A DNA stretch of 64,000 nt from Halarcobacter sp. (GTDB lineage: Bacteria; Campylobacterota; Campylobacteria; Campylobacterales; Arcobacteraceae). Below, piece after piece: positions 1 to 9,351 of this stretch. The DNA lies in NCBI GenBank assembly GCA_963676565.1, contig OY781089.1, positions 1,728,001 through 1,792,000 on the forward strand, written 5' to 3'. The position numbers were made by a program, and so were the translations under genes. Below the pieces are notes generated by a model. That model was not told the origin of the DNA. It worked only from the letters and a program-made list of their open reading frames with translations, and did no database searches. The first letter of the stretch is position 1, and every line of letters begins with the position of its first letter.

Positions 1-127
1 TTAAAGAGGTCTCTTTATCCTCATCTAATGAGAATATTTTTTTATGGCAATTTAAAACATCATCATATTGCCATTTGATATTAGCTTCATCTAAAGATAT
101 TGCTTTATCATATTCTATATTTATCAT
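1..127 (-). CDS. 5' part of a gene running off the window, possibly a ChrR-like cupin protein
   Basis: ATG at 127 after AAAGGA; open to the edge as MINIEYDKAISLDEANIKWQYDDVLNCHKKIFSLDEDKETSL, which resembles ChrR-type cupin N-termini; absent from the ORF track. Confidence 0.55.
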   Translation of the reverse strand, partial: MINIEYDKAISLDEANIKWQYDDVLNCHKKIFSLDEDKETSL

Positions 128-138
128 CTTTTTTCCTT

Positions 139-966
139 TTAAAACTTCATATCGATTAAATAATGACTTATTTTTGGGATATAGTCTTTTCTACAAACTA
201 AACATGTTGGTATATATGCAGTTTTTTTATCTAATTTTGTAATTTTAACATCATTTATAAAACCAAGTTTCTCTACTAGGTTTGTGGGAAGTAAAGTTTT
301 GCCCATACCAGATTTTACACAAGCAAGTATTGTTTCTAAGCTACCAAAAGAGAGTGATTTTTCTATTTGTTCACCTTTTTGAATGTAATAGTTTTTTAAA
401 AACTCATCATAGGCACAACCTTCTTTAAAGGATAAAATTACATTAGGAGTGTTTTCCTCTTTGGGTTCTAATATAGCAATCTCTTCTTCATATTTTTTTA
501 AAACAATAAGTTCTTCATTTTTTGGTTCACCACTTACAAAGGCAATATCAACTTTATAATTTAGAATCATTTCAATCATATCTCTTGTTGTTCCAGTTAA
601 AAGTTCCATTTGCATTGAAGGAAAATCTTTATGTAATTGCATTAAAAATGATGATATTCTAACTGCTGCATTACAATCTGTTGAACCTACTATTAATTTT
701 TTTTGTTCTTTTATATTTTGCATATCTAAAATGGCATCTTCTACTTTTTTGACTATTTCAACTGCATGTTTATATAGTTTTTCACCTTCAAGGGTTAAAA
801 CTACACCTTTTGGAACTCGATGAAAAAGTTTGCAATCAAGAGATTTTTCAAGTTGCTTTACTCTAGATGTGACATTTGATTGGGCAAAGCCAAGCTCATT
901 TGCTCCTAAAGAGATACTTTTATTATTTGCAACTGCAACAAAAACTTTTAATAAATTTGAATCCAT
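139..966 (-). CDS. LysR-family transcriptional regulator
   Basis: N-terminal HTH (SISLGANELGFAQSNVTSRVKQLE) and substrate-binding domain; start moved to MDSNLLK (ATG 966, AAGGA upstream). Confidence 0.95.
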   Translation of the reverse strand: MDSNLLKVFVAVANNKSISLGANELGFAQSNVTSRVKQLEKSLDCKLFHRVPKGVVLTLEGEKLYKHAVEIVKKVEDAILDMQNIKEQKKLIVGSTDCNAAVRISSFLMQLHKDFPSMQMELLTGTTRDMIEMILNYKVDIAFVSGEPKNEELIVLKKYEEEIAILEPKEENTPNVILSFKEGCAYDEFLKNYYIQKGEQIEKSLSFGSLETILACVKSGMGKTLLPTNLVEKLGFINDVKITKLDKKTAYIPTCLVCRKDYIPKISHYLIDMKF

Positions 967-981
967 ATCACTTTTCCTTAT

Positions 982-1029
982 ATCACATATCATGATTTTA
1001 TATTTGACACAATATCACATTTAGTGATA
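982..1029. promoter_or_regulatory. Two LysR-type boxes (ATCA-N7-TGAT) in the divergent promoter region
   Basis: ATCACATATCATGAT at 982-996 and TATCACATTTAGTGATA at 1013-1029, both T-N11-A dyads. Confidence 0.7.
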
Positions 1030-1076
1030 GTATACTCAAAAAATATTTAACAACAATCTATTATAAAGGAGTGTTT

Positions 1077-1283
1077 ATGCCAATAATTAATGTAAAAATG
1101 ACCCATGAAGATGGAGGGGCTACAAAAGAACAAAAAGAGTTACTTGCAAAAAAACTTACAGATGCCTTTGTGGAGGTTTTTAATAGAGGCGCAAAAACTT
1201 GTGTTGTAACAATTGAAGAGATTTCTACAGATAATTATGCAATTGGTGGTAAAACCATTACAAATGTAAGAAAAGGTGATTAA
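1077..1283 (+). CDS. 4-oxalocrotonate tautomerase family protein
   Basis: Begins MPIINV (catalytic Pro1 after Met removal) and has AIGG near the C-terminus; AAGGAG RBS before ATG 1077. Confidence 0.9.
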   Translation: MPIINVKMTHEDGGATKEQKELLAKKLTDAFVEVFNRGAKTCVVTIEEISTDNYAIGGKTITNVRKGD

Positions 1284-2473
1284 TGACTCTAAATCTTTTA
1301 GATAGAAACAATAATTTATCTATATTAGTAGCTGGAATCATTTCGGTTATTATAGGTCTAGGAGTTGCAAGGTTTGCATTTACTTCCCTTTTGCCTCCTA
1401 TGCTTGAAGGGTTTTTAACGGTGACTTTTGCTGGTCTTTTAGCTGCTGTTAATTTTGCAGGATATTTAAGTGGTTCAATCTTTTCTATGTTTATAAAAGA
1501 TATAAACCAAAAAGTATTACTTTTTAGAATGGGTATTGTTTTATGTATATTAACTACCTTTATTTTAGGGCTTACTGAAAATGAGACAATTTGGTTTATA
1601 AGTAGAATTATCGCTGGTTTTGGAGCAGCTATGGCTTTTGTAGTTGGTTCTGCTATTGTAATGACAAAATTAAATTTTGAAAATAAAACAAAAGCAATGG
1701 GGATACATTTTAGTGGAATTGGTTTTTCGATTTTAACGACTGATTTAGTTAGTCGTGCTGTTTTAAGTAGTGGTCATGATTGGAAAAGTTCGTGGTTGAT
1801 TTTAAGTATTTTTGCTATTTTAGCATCAATATATGCTATGTATATTTTATGCTTTGATAAAAAAGTAAAAACACAAGTTGTAAAACACAAATTTGATTTT
1901 TCTTTATTTACTCCTTTCGTAATTTTAATTATCATTGCTTATTTTACAGAAGGGGTAGGGTTTGTTGTTCAAGCAACTTTTTTACCTGATATAATCAATA
2001 CCCTTGAAGGTCTTGAAGGGTATGGTAATTTAACATGGACTTTAGTTGGATTAGCAGGGATTCCCTCATGTATTATTTGGATGAATCTCGCATCAAGAAA
2101 GGGAAGTGTAAATATTATAATTATTGCTTTATTTGTTCAAATGATAGGAATTTTGATACCAACTTTTACAACAAATGTTTATATGAATCTACTTAGTGGT
2201 GTTTTATATGGTGGTACATTTGTGGGACTTGTTGGATTATTTATGAATTTAGGTGGTAAATTAGCTGGAAGTAATCCTGTTATTTTAATGGGAGCTGTTA
2301 CAACTTCTTATGGTTTAGGACAAGTAATAGCACCATTATATTCTGTCTATTTTATTGAAAAATATGGAAGTTATGATTACTCTTTATATTTAACAGCATT
2401 TATAGTATTTTTAGGAATTGTTCTTCTATTTTTTGCTAAAACAATAATGACAGATGAACAAAAGAGATTATAG
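1283..2473 (+). CDS. YbfB/YjiJ-family MFS transporter
   Basis: About 12 hydrophobic segments; GLGVARFAFTSLLPPM N-terminal motif. Confidence 0.9.
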   Translation: MTLNLLDRNNNLSILVAGIISVIIGLGVARFAFTSLLPPMLEGFLTVTFAGLLAAVNFAGYLSGSIFSMFIKDINQKVLLFRMGIVLCILTTFILGLTENETIWFISRIIAGFGAAMAFVVGSAIVMTKLNFENKTKAMGIHFSGIGFSILTTDLVSRAVLSSGHDWKSSWLILSIFAILASIYAMYILCFDKKVKTQVVKHKFDFSLFTPFVILIIIAYFTEGVGFVVQATFLPDIINTLEGLEGYGNLTWTLVGLAGIPSCIIWMNLASRKGSVNIIIIALFVQMIGILIPTFTTNVYMNLLSGVLYGGTFVGLVGLFMNLGGKLAGSNPVILMGAVTTSYGLGQVIAPLYSVYFIEKYGSYDYSLYLTAFIVFLGIVLLFFAKTIMTDEQKRL

Positions 2474-2474
2474 T

Positions 2475-4415
2475 TTAGGCTAAAATCTCTTTTACAGTCT
2501 CACTTGCTAGATTGTTATCAAAGGGTTTTTGTAAAATTCCCTTTGATTTCTCTTTTATATTTTCATTAATTTGTTCACTATCTTTTGTTGCAATAAGATA
2601 GTTTATATCTAGGTTTAAAATCTTTTCTATATTTGATTCTTCTAGAGACTCATTATCAATAATAAGTAAATCAAAATTTTCCTCTTTTAATTTTTTGAAC
2701 ATATCAATGGTGTTGTTTATTTGTTGAGTTTGGAAGCTTTTATTAAATTCAATTATTAAACTCATATAACTAATTGGATCACTATTTAATACTAAGATTT
2801 TAGATTTAGTTTTATTTTGAACATCTTCTTTTTCTTCTTCCATATCAAATAAAAATTCATGGTCTAAATCTTCAAGTTTATTTGGTTTATCTGTTTTTTT
2901 AGCTACTTGTTCATTATTAGATACTCTATCCAGATTTTTTGGTATCTCTATTGTTATTGTAGTTCCTACATTAACTTTACTTTCTATATTTATTGAACCA
3001 TTAAATAAACTAATTAAGTCTTTACAAATTGCTAAACCTAAACCAGTCCCACCATATTTCCTTGTTGTACTTCCATCCGCTTGCTTAAACCTATCAAATA
3101 TATGTTCTAACTTATCTTCAGAAATTCCAATTCCATCATCACTTACTATAATTTCTATACTTTCTTCTTTTTCTTGTACAGTTAATCTAATCTCACCTTT
3201 ATGTACAAATTTAATAGAATTTCCAATTAAATTTTTAAGTACTTGATTTAATCTTGATTCATCTGTATAAATATTTTTTAAAGACTTATCAATTTTAGTT
3301 ATAAGCTTAATCCCTTTTTCTTTTGCTTGGGGATGAAACATATCATTGATTTTTTGAATAAAAGATTCTATATCTATTAACTCATAATTTAGTTTCATTT
3401 TCCCAGCTTCCAATTTTGAAAGGTCTAAAATATCATTTATTAAGAAAAGCAAATCATTTCCACAGTTGTTTATAATTTTTAAGTTTTTAATATCTTTTTC
3501 ATCAAATTTATCAGATTTATTTTTCATCATTATAGAACTAATAAGGTTGATAGAATTTAAAGGAGTCTTTAACTCATGACTCATATTTGCTAAGAAATCA
3601 TCTTTTGTTTTATTAGCCTCTTCTAAAGCTTTTTTCTGTTGGTTTTGAATCATAGTTAACTGTTTTAAGTTGATAATATCTTCACTGATTTTACTTGACA
3701 TTTTATTAAAAGATTTTGCTAATATTGTTAATTCTCTCATGTTTTTTAAATCTAATTTAATAGCAACTTTTTCATCATCATGGGATTCAAAACTTTTAAT
3801 TCCATCAATTAATTCTTTTAAAGGCATTGTAAGATACTTATGGGTTGCATAAACTGTTAATCCCCAAAATAGTAAAATACTTAAAATGATATTGAAAAGA
3901 ATTAAGAAAATTGTCTCTTTTGTATAATCAAAGACCATCTGTTTTGTAGTATAAAAAGTTAAAGTTCCTATCTCTTCACCATTATTATCAATAAAATTAT
4001 ATATCTTATGATTAAAACTAATTAAAGGGGATACTGAATATACAAAATTTTTATCACTCTCTTTCCAATTGTATTTCTCTTTTAATTTTTTGTCAACAAT
4101 CCCTCGCAAAATGATTATTTTATTTTTTGAAACTAAAGAGATTCCTTTTATATCATCTTGTTCTAGCATCATTTCATTTAGGATAGTATTTAAATTATCT
4201 TTATCATTAAACCACACTCCATAAGATAATTTTTTATTAAAATGTTTGAATACCTGATTAAAATCTTTTCCCATTCTATTGACTGAGGTGTTAAGTTCTG
4301 AGTATATTTGATATGAGGTTAATAATGAAGCAAAAATAATATATGAGATTAAAATCTTTTTAAATATCAAATATCCAATGGTATTATTAAAATTTCTAAA
4401 AATATGTTTATCCAA
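2475..4415 (-). CDS. Membrane hybrid sensor histidine kinase (HAMP-HisKA-HATPase-receiver-like)
   Basis: Two TM segments; H-box FLANMSHELKTPLN; N, G1 and G2 boxes (NSIKF, DDGIG, GGTGLGL); C-terminal REC-like tail. Confidence 0.92.
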   Translation of the reverse strand: MDKHIFRNFNNTIGYLIFKKILISYIIFASLLTSYQIYSELNTSVNRMGKDFNQVFKHFNKKLSYGVWFNDKDNLNTILNEMMLEQDDIKGISLVSKNKIIILRGIVDKKLKEKYNWKESDKNFVYSVSPLISFNHKIYNFIDNNGEEIGTLTFYTTKQMVFDYTKETIFLILFNIILSILLFWGLTVYATHKYLTMPLKELIDGIKSFESHDDEKVAIKLDLKNMRELTILAKSFNKMSSKISEDIINLKQLTMIQNQQKKALEEANKTKDDFLANMSHELKTPLNSINLISSIMMKNKSDKFDEKDIKNLKIINNCGNDLLFLINDILDLSKLEAGKMKLNYELIDIESFIQKINDMFHPQAKEKGIKLITKIDKSLKNIYTDESRLNQVLKNLIGNSIKFVHKGEIRLTVQEKEESIEIIVSDDGIGISEDKLEHIFDRFKQADGSTTRKYGGTGLGLAICKDLISLFNGSINIESKVNVGTTITIEIPKNLDRVSNNEQVAKKTDKPNKLEDLDHEFLFDMEEEKEDVQNKTKSKILVLNSDPISYMSLIIEFNKSFQTQQINNTIDMFKKLKEENFDLLIIDNESLEESNIEKILNLDINYLIATKDSEQINENIKEKSKGILQKPFDNNLASETVKEILA

Positions 4416-4546
4416 AATATACTCCTTAACCCTTTTGAAATAATTATAACTTTTAAAGGTATCATAATAGTATTAGAATAGAAATAATTTTATAAAATAA
4501 TGAAAATTTAAAAAGATTGTAAAAAATAAGTTTTTATATAAGAGTC

Positions 4547-4571
4547 AAGTAAGAGGTGTTTCCTCTTACTT
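4547..4571 (-). terminator. Hairpin downstream of ferritin
   Basis: AAGTAAGAGG-TGTTT-CCTCTTACTT, perfect 10-bp stem. Confidence 0.7.
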
Positions 4572-4575
4572 AAAT

Positions 4576-5088
4576 TTAGTTTGCAGAAGTTGGATCTATA
4601 AAAGTTCTACCAGCTAAATCTTTATCAATTGTAAATAATCCATAACCATTATCTCCAACAAGTTTTATATGGTCAATTATTTCACATAGAGTTGCTTCCT
4701 CTTCTACTTGTTCTGTAACATACCATTGTAATAAGTTATATGTTGCATGGTCTTTCTCTTTCATTGCCAAATCAGAAAGATTATTTAAATTTTTTGACAT
4801 ACCTTGTTCATGTAGGAGTGCTTTTATAAATACATCTAAAAGTGATTTATATTCTACTTTTGAACTTTTAATCTCTGGAAGTTCAATATCTGAATCTTGA
4901 TCTTCTAAATATTTAAAAAATTTCATTCCATGGGAAACTTCTTCTTGATATTGTACTAAAAACCAAGATGCAGCTCCATTGAAACCCTTCTTTGAACAAT
5001 ATGCACTCATACCTAAATATAGATATGCTGAATGAAATTCTTTATTAAGTTGTTTCACTAATGCTTTCTCTAAATTTTTGTTTATCAT
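4576..5088 (-). CDS. ftnA: Non-haem ferritin
   Basis: QLNKEFHSAYLY, EEVSH and LQWYVTEQVEEE ferroxidase motifs. Confidence 0.93.
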   Translation of the reverse strand: MINKNLEKALVKQLNKEFHSAYLYLGMSAYCSKKGFNGAASWFLVQYQEEVSHGMKFFKYLEDQDSDIELPEIKSSKVEYKSLLDVFIKALLHEQGMSKNLNNLSDLAMKEKDHATYNLLQWYVTEQVEEEATLCEIIDHIKLVGDNGYGLFTIDKDLAGRTFIDPTSAN

Positions 5089-5229
5089 AATTTCTCCTTT
5101 TTTGTTATTCTAACTTTTTCAATTGAAATAATTCTATTTAATCTATTGTACATTTAAGACTTAAAATAATCCTAAAAGAGATTTGGATAGAATCACGCAA
5201 AAATAAGAAAGACAATAAGGATATATTTT

Positions 5230-6150
5230 ATGGCAATTTATACATGTGGACATACAACTCCTGATTCAGATTCAATTTGTTCAGCAATCTCTTTAGGATA
5301 CCTTTTAAATAAAATTGGACGTGAAGCAATTCCAGCTAGACAGGGAGCTGTTTCTCCTGAAACTCAATTTATCCTAGACAGATTTGGTTTTGAAGCTCCT
5401 ATGCTTAAAACAGAGTTTGCTGGTGAAGAGATTTTTATTACTGATTATTCTGATAGAGGACAAGCTCCAAAAGATATTGATGAAGCAACTATAGTTGGTA
5501 TTGTTGACCACCATAAATTAGGAGATTTAACAACTTCAACTCCATTAGAGTGTTGGATTAGACCTGTAGGTTGTACAAATACAATTGTAAAAGAGATGTA
5601 TGATTATCATAAAGTTGAAATTCCTGCAAATATTGCTGGTGTTATGTTATGTGCTATTTTATCTGATACCGTAATTTTTAAATCACCAACATGTACACCA
5701 AAAGATATTGAAGTAGTTAGAGAATTAGCAGAGATTGCTGGTGTAGATGATTTTGGTGCACTTGGTATGGAGATGTTTAAAGTTAAATCAGCTGTTGAGG
5801 GAACTCCTGTTAGAGATTTAATTTTAAGAGATTATAAACCATTTGATATGCATGGAAACGATGTTGGTATTGGGCAATTAGAAGTTATTGATTTAGCAAT
5901 TTTTGATTCAATTAAAGATGAATTACAAGCTGATTTAGACAAATTAAGAGAAGAGAACAATCTTCACACTGCGTGTTTATTATTAACTGATATTATGAAA
6001 GAGGGATCTGAAGTATTAGTTTCATCTGAAGATGCTTCTATTTTTGAAAAAGCATTTGATGTAAAATTAGAAAATGGAAAAGTTTGGTTAGATGGTTGTC
6101 TATCTAGAAAAAAACAAGTTATTCCTTTCTTACAACCTGCATTTGCATAA
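5230..6150 (+). CDS. ppaC: Manganese-dependent inorganic pyrophosphatase (family II)
   Basis: GHTTPDSDS, VDHH, ILSDT and SRKKQ motifs. Confidence 0.96.
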   Translation: MAIYTCGHTTPDSDSICSAISLGYLLNKIGREAIPARQGAVSPETQFILDRFGFEAPMLKTEFAGEEIFITDYSDRGQAPKDIDEATIVGIVDHHKLGDLTTSTPLECWIRPVGCTNTIVKEMYDYHKVEIPANIAGVMLCAILSDTVIFKSPTCTPKDIEVVRELAEIAGVDDFGALGMEMFKVKSAVEGTPVRDLILRDYKPFDMHGNDVGIGQLEVIDLAIFDSIKDELQADLDKLREENNLHTACLLLTDIMKEGSEVLVSSEDASIFEKAFDVKLENGKVWLDGCLSRKKQVIPFLQPAFA

Positions 6151-6174
6151 TTCTTAAACACAAAACATATTCAA

Positions 6175-6206
6175 AAGAGTAGCTTTTTAGCTACTCTTAT
6201 TTTATT
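6175..6206 (+). terminator. Intrinsic terminator after ppaC
   Basis: AAGAGTAGCT-TTTT-AGCTACTCTT followed by a T-rich tract. Confidence 0.8.
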
Positions 6207-6222
6207 TTTATTAGGATTCCAT

Positions 6223-6990
6223 ATGGAACTTTTTGCTGATATTACTCCTTATTGGGTAATAGGTTTTGTTATTGCTGGTTTTTTAGCAGGGTACATAGAC
6301 TCAATAGCTGGTGGTGGTGGAATGGTTCAAGTTCCAGTATTGCTCCTAAGTGGTTTATCCCCTATTCATGTTTTAGCTTCAAATAAAATGGCTGGCTTAG
6401 TTGGTGTTTTAATGGCAACAATTAAATATGCACTTAGTAAAAAGATATCTTGGAAAGTTGTAAGTATTGCAATTATCCCTTGTCTTCTTGCTTCTTATAT
6501 TGGAAGTAGATTAATAATGTTTGTATCTGATGAGATAATTACTTGGGCTATCATTTTAGCTATTCCTGTTGCTATGGTTTTTTTATTTAAAAAAAGTAAA
6601 AAAATAGTAGAAGAAAAAACAAAACTAAATAATAAAAATATTATTCTCGCAACTGCTCCAATTGGATTTTATGATGGTTTATTAGGTCCTGGAACAGGAA
6701 CTTATATGACTATTTCTATGAAAAAGTTTTTACATCTTGATTATTTGATTTCAACAGCATCAACTAAGCCTTTAAATTTTGCTACAAATGTAGGTTCTGC
6801 TATTGCCTTTATTTTTGCGGGAAAAGTGTTATGGGGAGTTGCTATTGTTTTGGGATTAGCAAATATAGCTGGTTCATATGTTGGAAGTCATTATGCTATC
6901 AAAGGTGGAGAAGAGTTTATAAAAAAAGTACTTGTCTTTGTACTTGTTTTTATGTTAGTTGGAAATATTATAAAAATTGTTGTGAGTTAA
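6223..6990 (+). CDS. TSUP (TauE/SafE, YfcA-like) transporter
   Basis: IDSIAGGGG and GFYDGLLGPGTG motifs; hydrophobic throughout. Confidence 0.92.
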   Translation: MELFADITPYWVIGFVIAGFLAGYIDSIAGGGGMVQVPVLLLSGLSPIHVLASNKMAGLVGVLMATIKYALSKKISWKVVSIAIIPCLLASYIGSRLIMFVSDEIITWAIILAIPVAMVFLFKKSKKIVEEKTKLNNKNIILATAPIGFYDGLLGPGTGTYMTISMKKFLHLDYLISTASTKPLNFATNVGSAIAFIFAGKVLWGVAIVLGLANIAGSYVGSHYAIKGGEEFIKKVLVFVLVFMLVGNIIKIVVS

Positions 6991-7763
6991 TGAAAACAAA
7001 AGTTTTCAAAAATAAAAAATTAGATTTTTTGGAATTGAGATATATTGAAAATATTACTCAATGTGAAAAAATGCATTTGCATGAAGAACTTACAATTACA
7101 GCACTTAAAGAGGGCTCATTAAATATAAGTTTTAATGACTCTTCTAAAATATTAAACCCCAATGAAATAGCAATAATGAACTCAAATATAATCCATAATG
7201 CAACACTAAATAGTAAAAGTGTCAAAGATGGATATGTATTATATATAGATAAAAACTACTTAGAAAGTTTGAATTTAGGCATATCTTTAGATTATGTTTT
7301 TTTAAAAGATGGGAAAAATAGTTTTATAAATCTATGTGAAGTATTATTGGCTGAGGATGTCTCTTTATTGGAAAAAGAAGAGCTATTTATTGAGTTTTGT
7401 TTAAATACTTTTTCTTTAAAAGAAGAGATTGAAAAAGTAGAAAAAAATTCTTTATCTATAAAAATAAAAAACTATCTAGATGAAAACTTTTTGGAAGATA
7501 TTATTTTAGAAGATATCTCAAAAGAGTTTAATATAACTGTCGTACATCTAATAAGAGTTTTTAAAAAAGAGTTTGGCTTAGCTATTCATTCATATATAAT
7601 TAATAAAAAAGTTCATAGGGCAAAAGAACTTTTAAACTCAAAGTTACCAATTATAGAAGTTGCCTTACAAAGCGGTTTTTTTGACCAAAGCCATTTAAAT
7701 AGAAGTTTTAAACGAGTATTTCAACTAACCCCTAAAGAGTTTCAAAAAAATATACTTTCGTAA
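6990..7763 (+). CDS. AraC-family transcriptional regulator
   Basis: N-terminal cupin (HLHEE) and C-terminal double HTH (GFFDQSHLNRSFKR); true start is ATG 6990, overlapping the upstream stop (TAATG). Confidence 0.93.
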   Translation: MKTKVFKNKKLDFLELRYIENITQCEKMHLHEELTITALKEGSLNISFNDSSKILNPNEIAIMNSNIIHNATLNSKSVKDGYVLYIDKNYLESLNLGISLDYVFLKDGKNSFINLCEVLLAEDVSLLEKEELFIEFCLNTFSLKEEIEKVEKNSLSIKIKNYLDENFLEDIILEDISKEFNITVVHLIRVFKKEFGLAIHSYIINKKVHRAKELLNSKLPIIEVALQSGFFDQSHLNRSFKRVFQLTPKEFQKNILS

Positions 7764-7829
7764 ATGTTAATTTTGTACAAGATTTAAATTTTTTTATTTT
7801 ATATACTTATTTAAATAAAAGGAGAAACT

Positions 7830-7901
7830 ATGAATAGTATAAAACAATATAATCATATTCAAACAAATAATCTACTCTCAATCCTCTTACTCTCAAAATA
7901 A
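7830..7901 (+). CDS. Putative leucine leader peptide (MNSIKQYNHIQTNNLLSILLLSK)
   Basis: AAAAGGAGA RBS, ATG 7830, TAA 7899-7901; codons CTA CTC TCA ATC CTC TTA CTC; directly upstream of leuA. Confidence 0.8.
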   Translation: MNSIKQYNHIQTNNLLSILLLSK

Positions 7902-7970
7902 TTTTCAAACCAACCCTTATCAATTTTAGTCGCAAATATTTGCAAAATATATAAAATCATGGAGAATAAA

Positions 7971-9278
7971 ATGACATATAAAAAATATAGACAATATCCT
8001 ATTGTCAAAAATTTCGTACGAACTTGGCCAAATAATCAAATCACAAAAGCCCCTATTTATGGAAGTGTAGATTTAAGAGATGGAAACCAAGCTTTGGTAA
8101 ATCCTTTAAATATAGAACAAAAGTTGGAGTATTTTAATACTTTAGTAAAGATGGGATTTAAACAAATAGAAGTTTCTTATCCAAGTGCTAGTGATACGGA
8201 TTTTAACTTTACAAGAAAATTAATCGAAGAGAAGCTAATCCCTGATGATGTTGCTATTCAAGTATTAATTCCAGCAAAAAAAGAGTGGATAAAAAGAAGT
8301 GTTGAAGCTATGAGGGGAGTTAAAAATGGGATTTTCCATTTATACAATCCAACAAATGAGTTCCAAAGAAGAGTAGTATTTAAAAAAAGCGATGAAGAGA
8401 TAATCTCTATGGCAGTTGAGTCTATGAAATACTTAGTGGAACTTACAAAAGATTTTGAGGGCAATGTTATCTATGATTATTCCCCAGAGAGTTTTTCCCA
8501 AACCAATTTAGAATTTGCCGTAAAAATATGTAATAAAGTAATTGATGTAGTAAAACCAACTATACAAAATAAGATGATAATAAACTTACCAAATACTCTA
8601 GAAGCCTGTACTGCAAATATTTATGCAGATAGAATAGAGTGGATGTGCAATAATTTGAACAACAGAGAGTCACTTATAATAAGTGTTCATCCTCACAATG
8701 ACAGAGGAACATCAGTAGCCTCAGCAGAACTTGCAGTTTTAGCAGGAGCAAATAGAGTTGAAGGAACACTATTTGGAAATGGTGAAAGAGCAGGGAACTT
8801 AGATTTAGTAAATTTTGCTTTTAATTTACATTCACAAGGTATTGATTCTACACTTGATCTATCAATTGTGGATGAGGTAAAAAAGATGTATGAGAATTTA
8901 ACAAAGTTAAATATAAATCCAAGACATCCCTATGTGGGCGATATGATTTTCACAGCCTTTAGTGGTGGACATCAAGATGCCATAAAAAAAGGAATAGACT
9001 TTTACAGAAAAGAGAATTGCCAAGAATGGAATGTGCCTTATTTACCAATAGATCCAAAAGATATAAAAAGGGGATATGAAGATGTTATTAGAGTAAATTC
9101 ACAATCAGGAAAAGGGGGAGTTACTTTTATAATAAGTGATTTTTTTGGAGAAAATCTAACTAAAGAAGAGTCTATAAAATTTGGTATTTTAGTAAAAGAG
9201 CAAAGTGATAAACTACAAAGGGAATTGAGTAAAGAGGAGATTATAGAGTTATATAAATCTTTTAAAATAGAGTCCTAG
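7971..9278 (+). CDS. leuA: 2-isopropylmalate synthase (yeast/mycobacterial type) lacking the C-terminal regulatory domain
   Basis: VDLRDGNQAL, YSPESF, HPHNDRG, GNGERAGN, AFSGGHQDAI and RVNSQSGKGG motifs; 435 aa from ATG 7971 with GGAGA RBS. Confidence 0.88.
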   Translation: MTYKKYRQYPIVKNFVRTWPNNQITKAPIYGSVDLRDGNQALVNPLNIEQKLEYFNTLVKMGFKQIEVSYPSASDTDFNFTRKLIEEKLIPDDVAIQVLIPAKKEWIKRSVEAMRGVKNGIFHLYNPTNEFQRRVVFKKSDEEIISMAVESMKYLVELTKDFEGNVIYDYSPESFSQTNLEFAVKICNKVIDVVKPTIQNKMIINLPNTLEACTANIYADRIEWMCNNLNNRESLIISVHPHNDRGTSVASAELAVLAGANRVEGTLFGNGERAGNLDLVNFAFNLHSQGIDSTLDLSIVDEVKKMYENLTKLNINPRHPYVGDMIFTAFSGGHQDAIKKGIDFYRKENCQEWNVPYLPIDPKDIKRGYEDVIRVNSQSGKGGVTFIISDFFGENLTKEESIKFGILVKEQSDKLQRELSKEEIIELYKSFKIES

Positions 9279-9296
9279 TCATGTAATTGCTAGGAC
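9272..9296. terminator. Hairpin between convergent leuA and the MmcQ gene
   Basis: GTCCTAG...CTAGGAC inverted repeat. Confidence 0.55.
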
Positions 9297-9351
9297 AAAA
9301 AGATATATATGGATATCTAACTTTAAAGATGAATTTTAATCTTTGATAATA

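Noticed and set aside
5121..5140. Fur/PerR box upstream of ftnA (TTGAAATAATTCTAT)
   Set aside because: Too many mismatches to either consensus in very AT-rich DNA
6831..6989. Cys-rich N-terminal extension of the AraC ORF in the ORF track
   Set aside because: It lies in another frame of the TSUP gene; the AraC domain begins at ATG 6990, overlapping the upstream stop
7873..7968. Pairing of the leader TACTCTCAA repeats with the leuA SD (actinobacterial LEU-element-like translational control)
   Set aside because: Only about 4 contiguous base pairs (UCUC/GAGA), too weak to support; not fully excluded as an alternative mechanism
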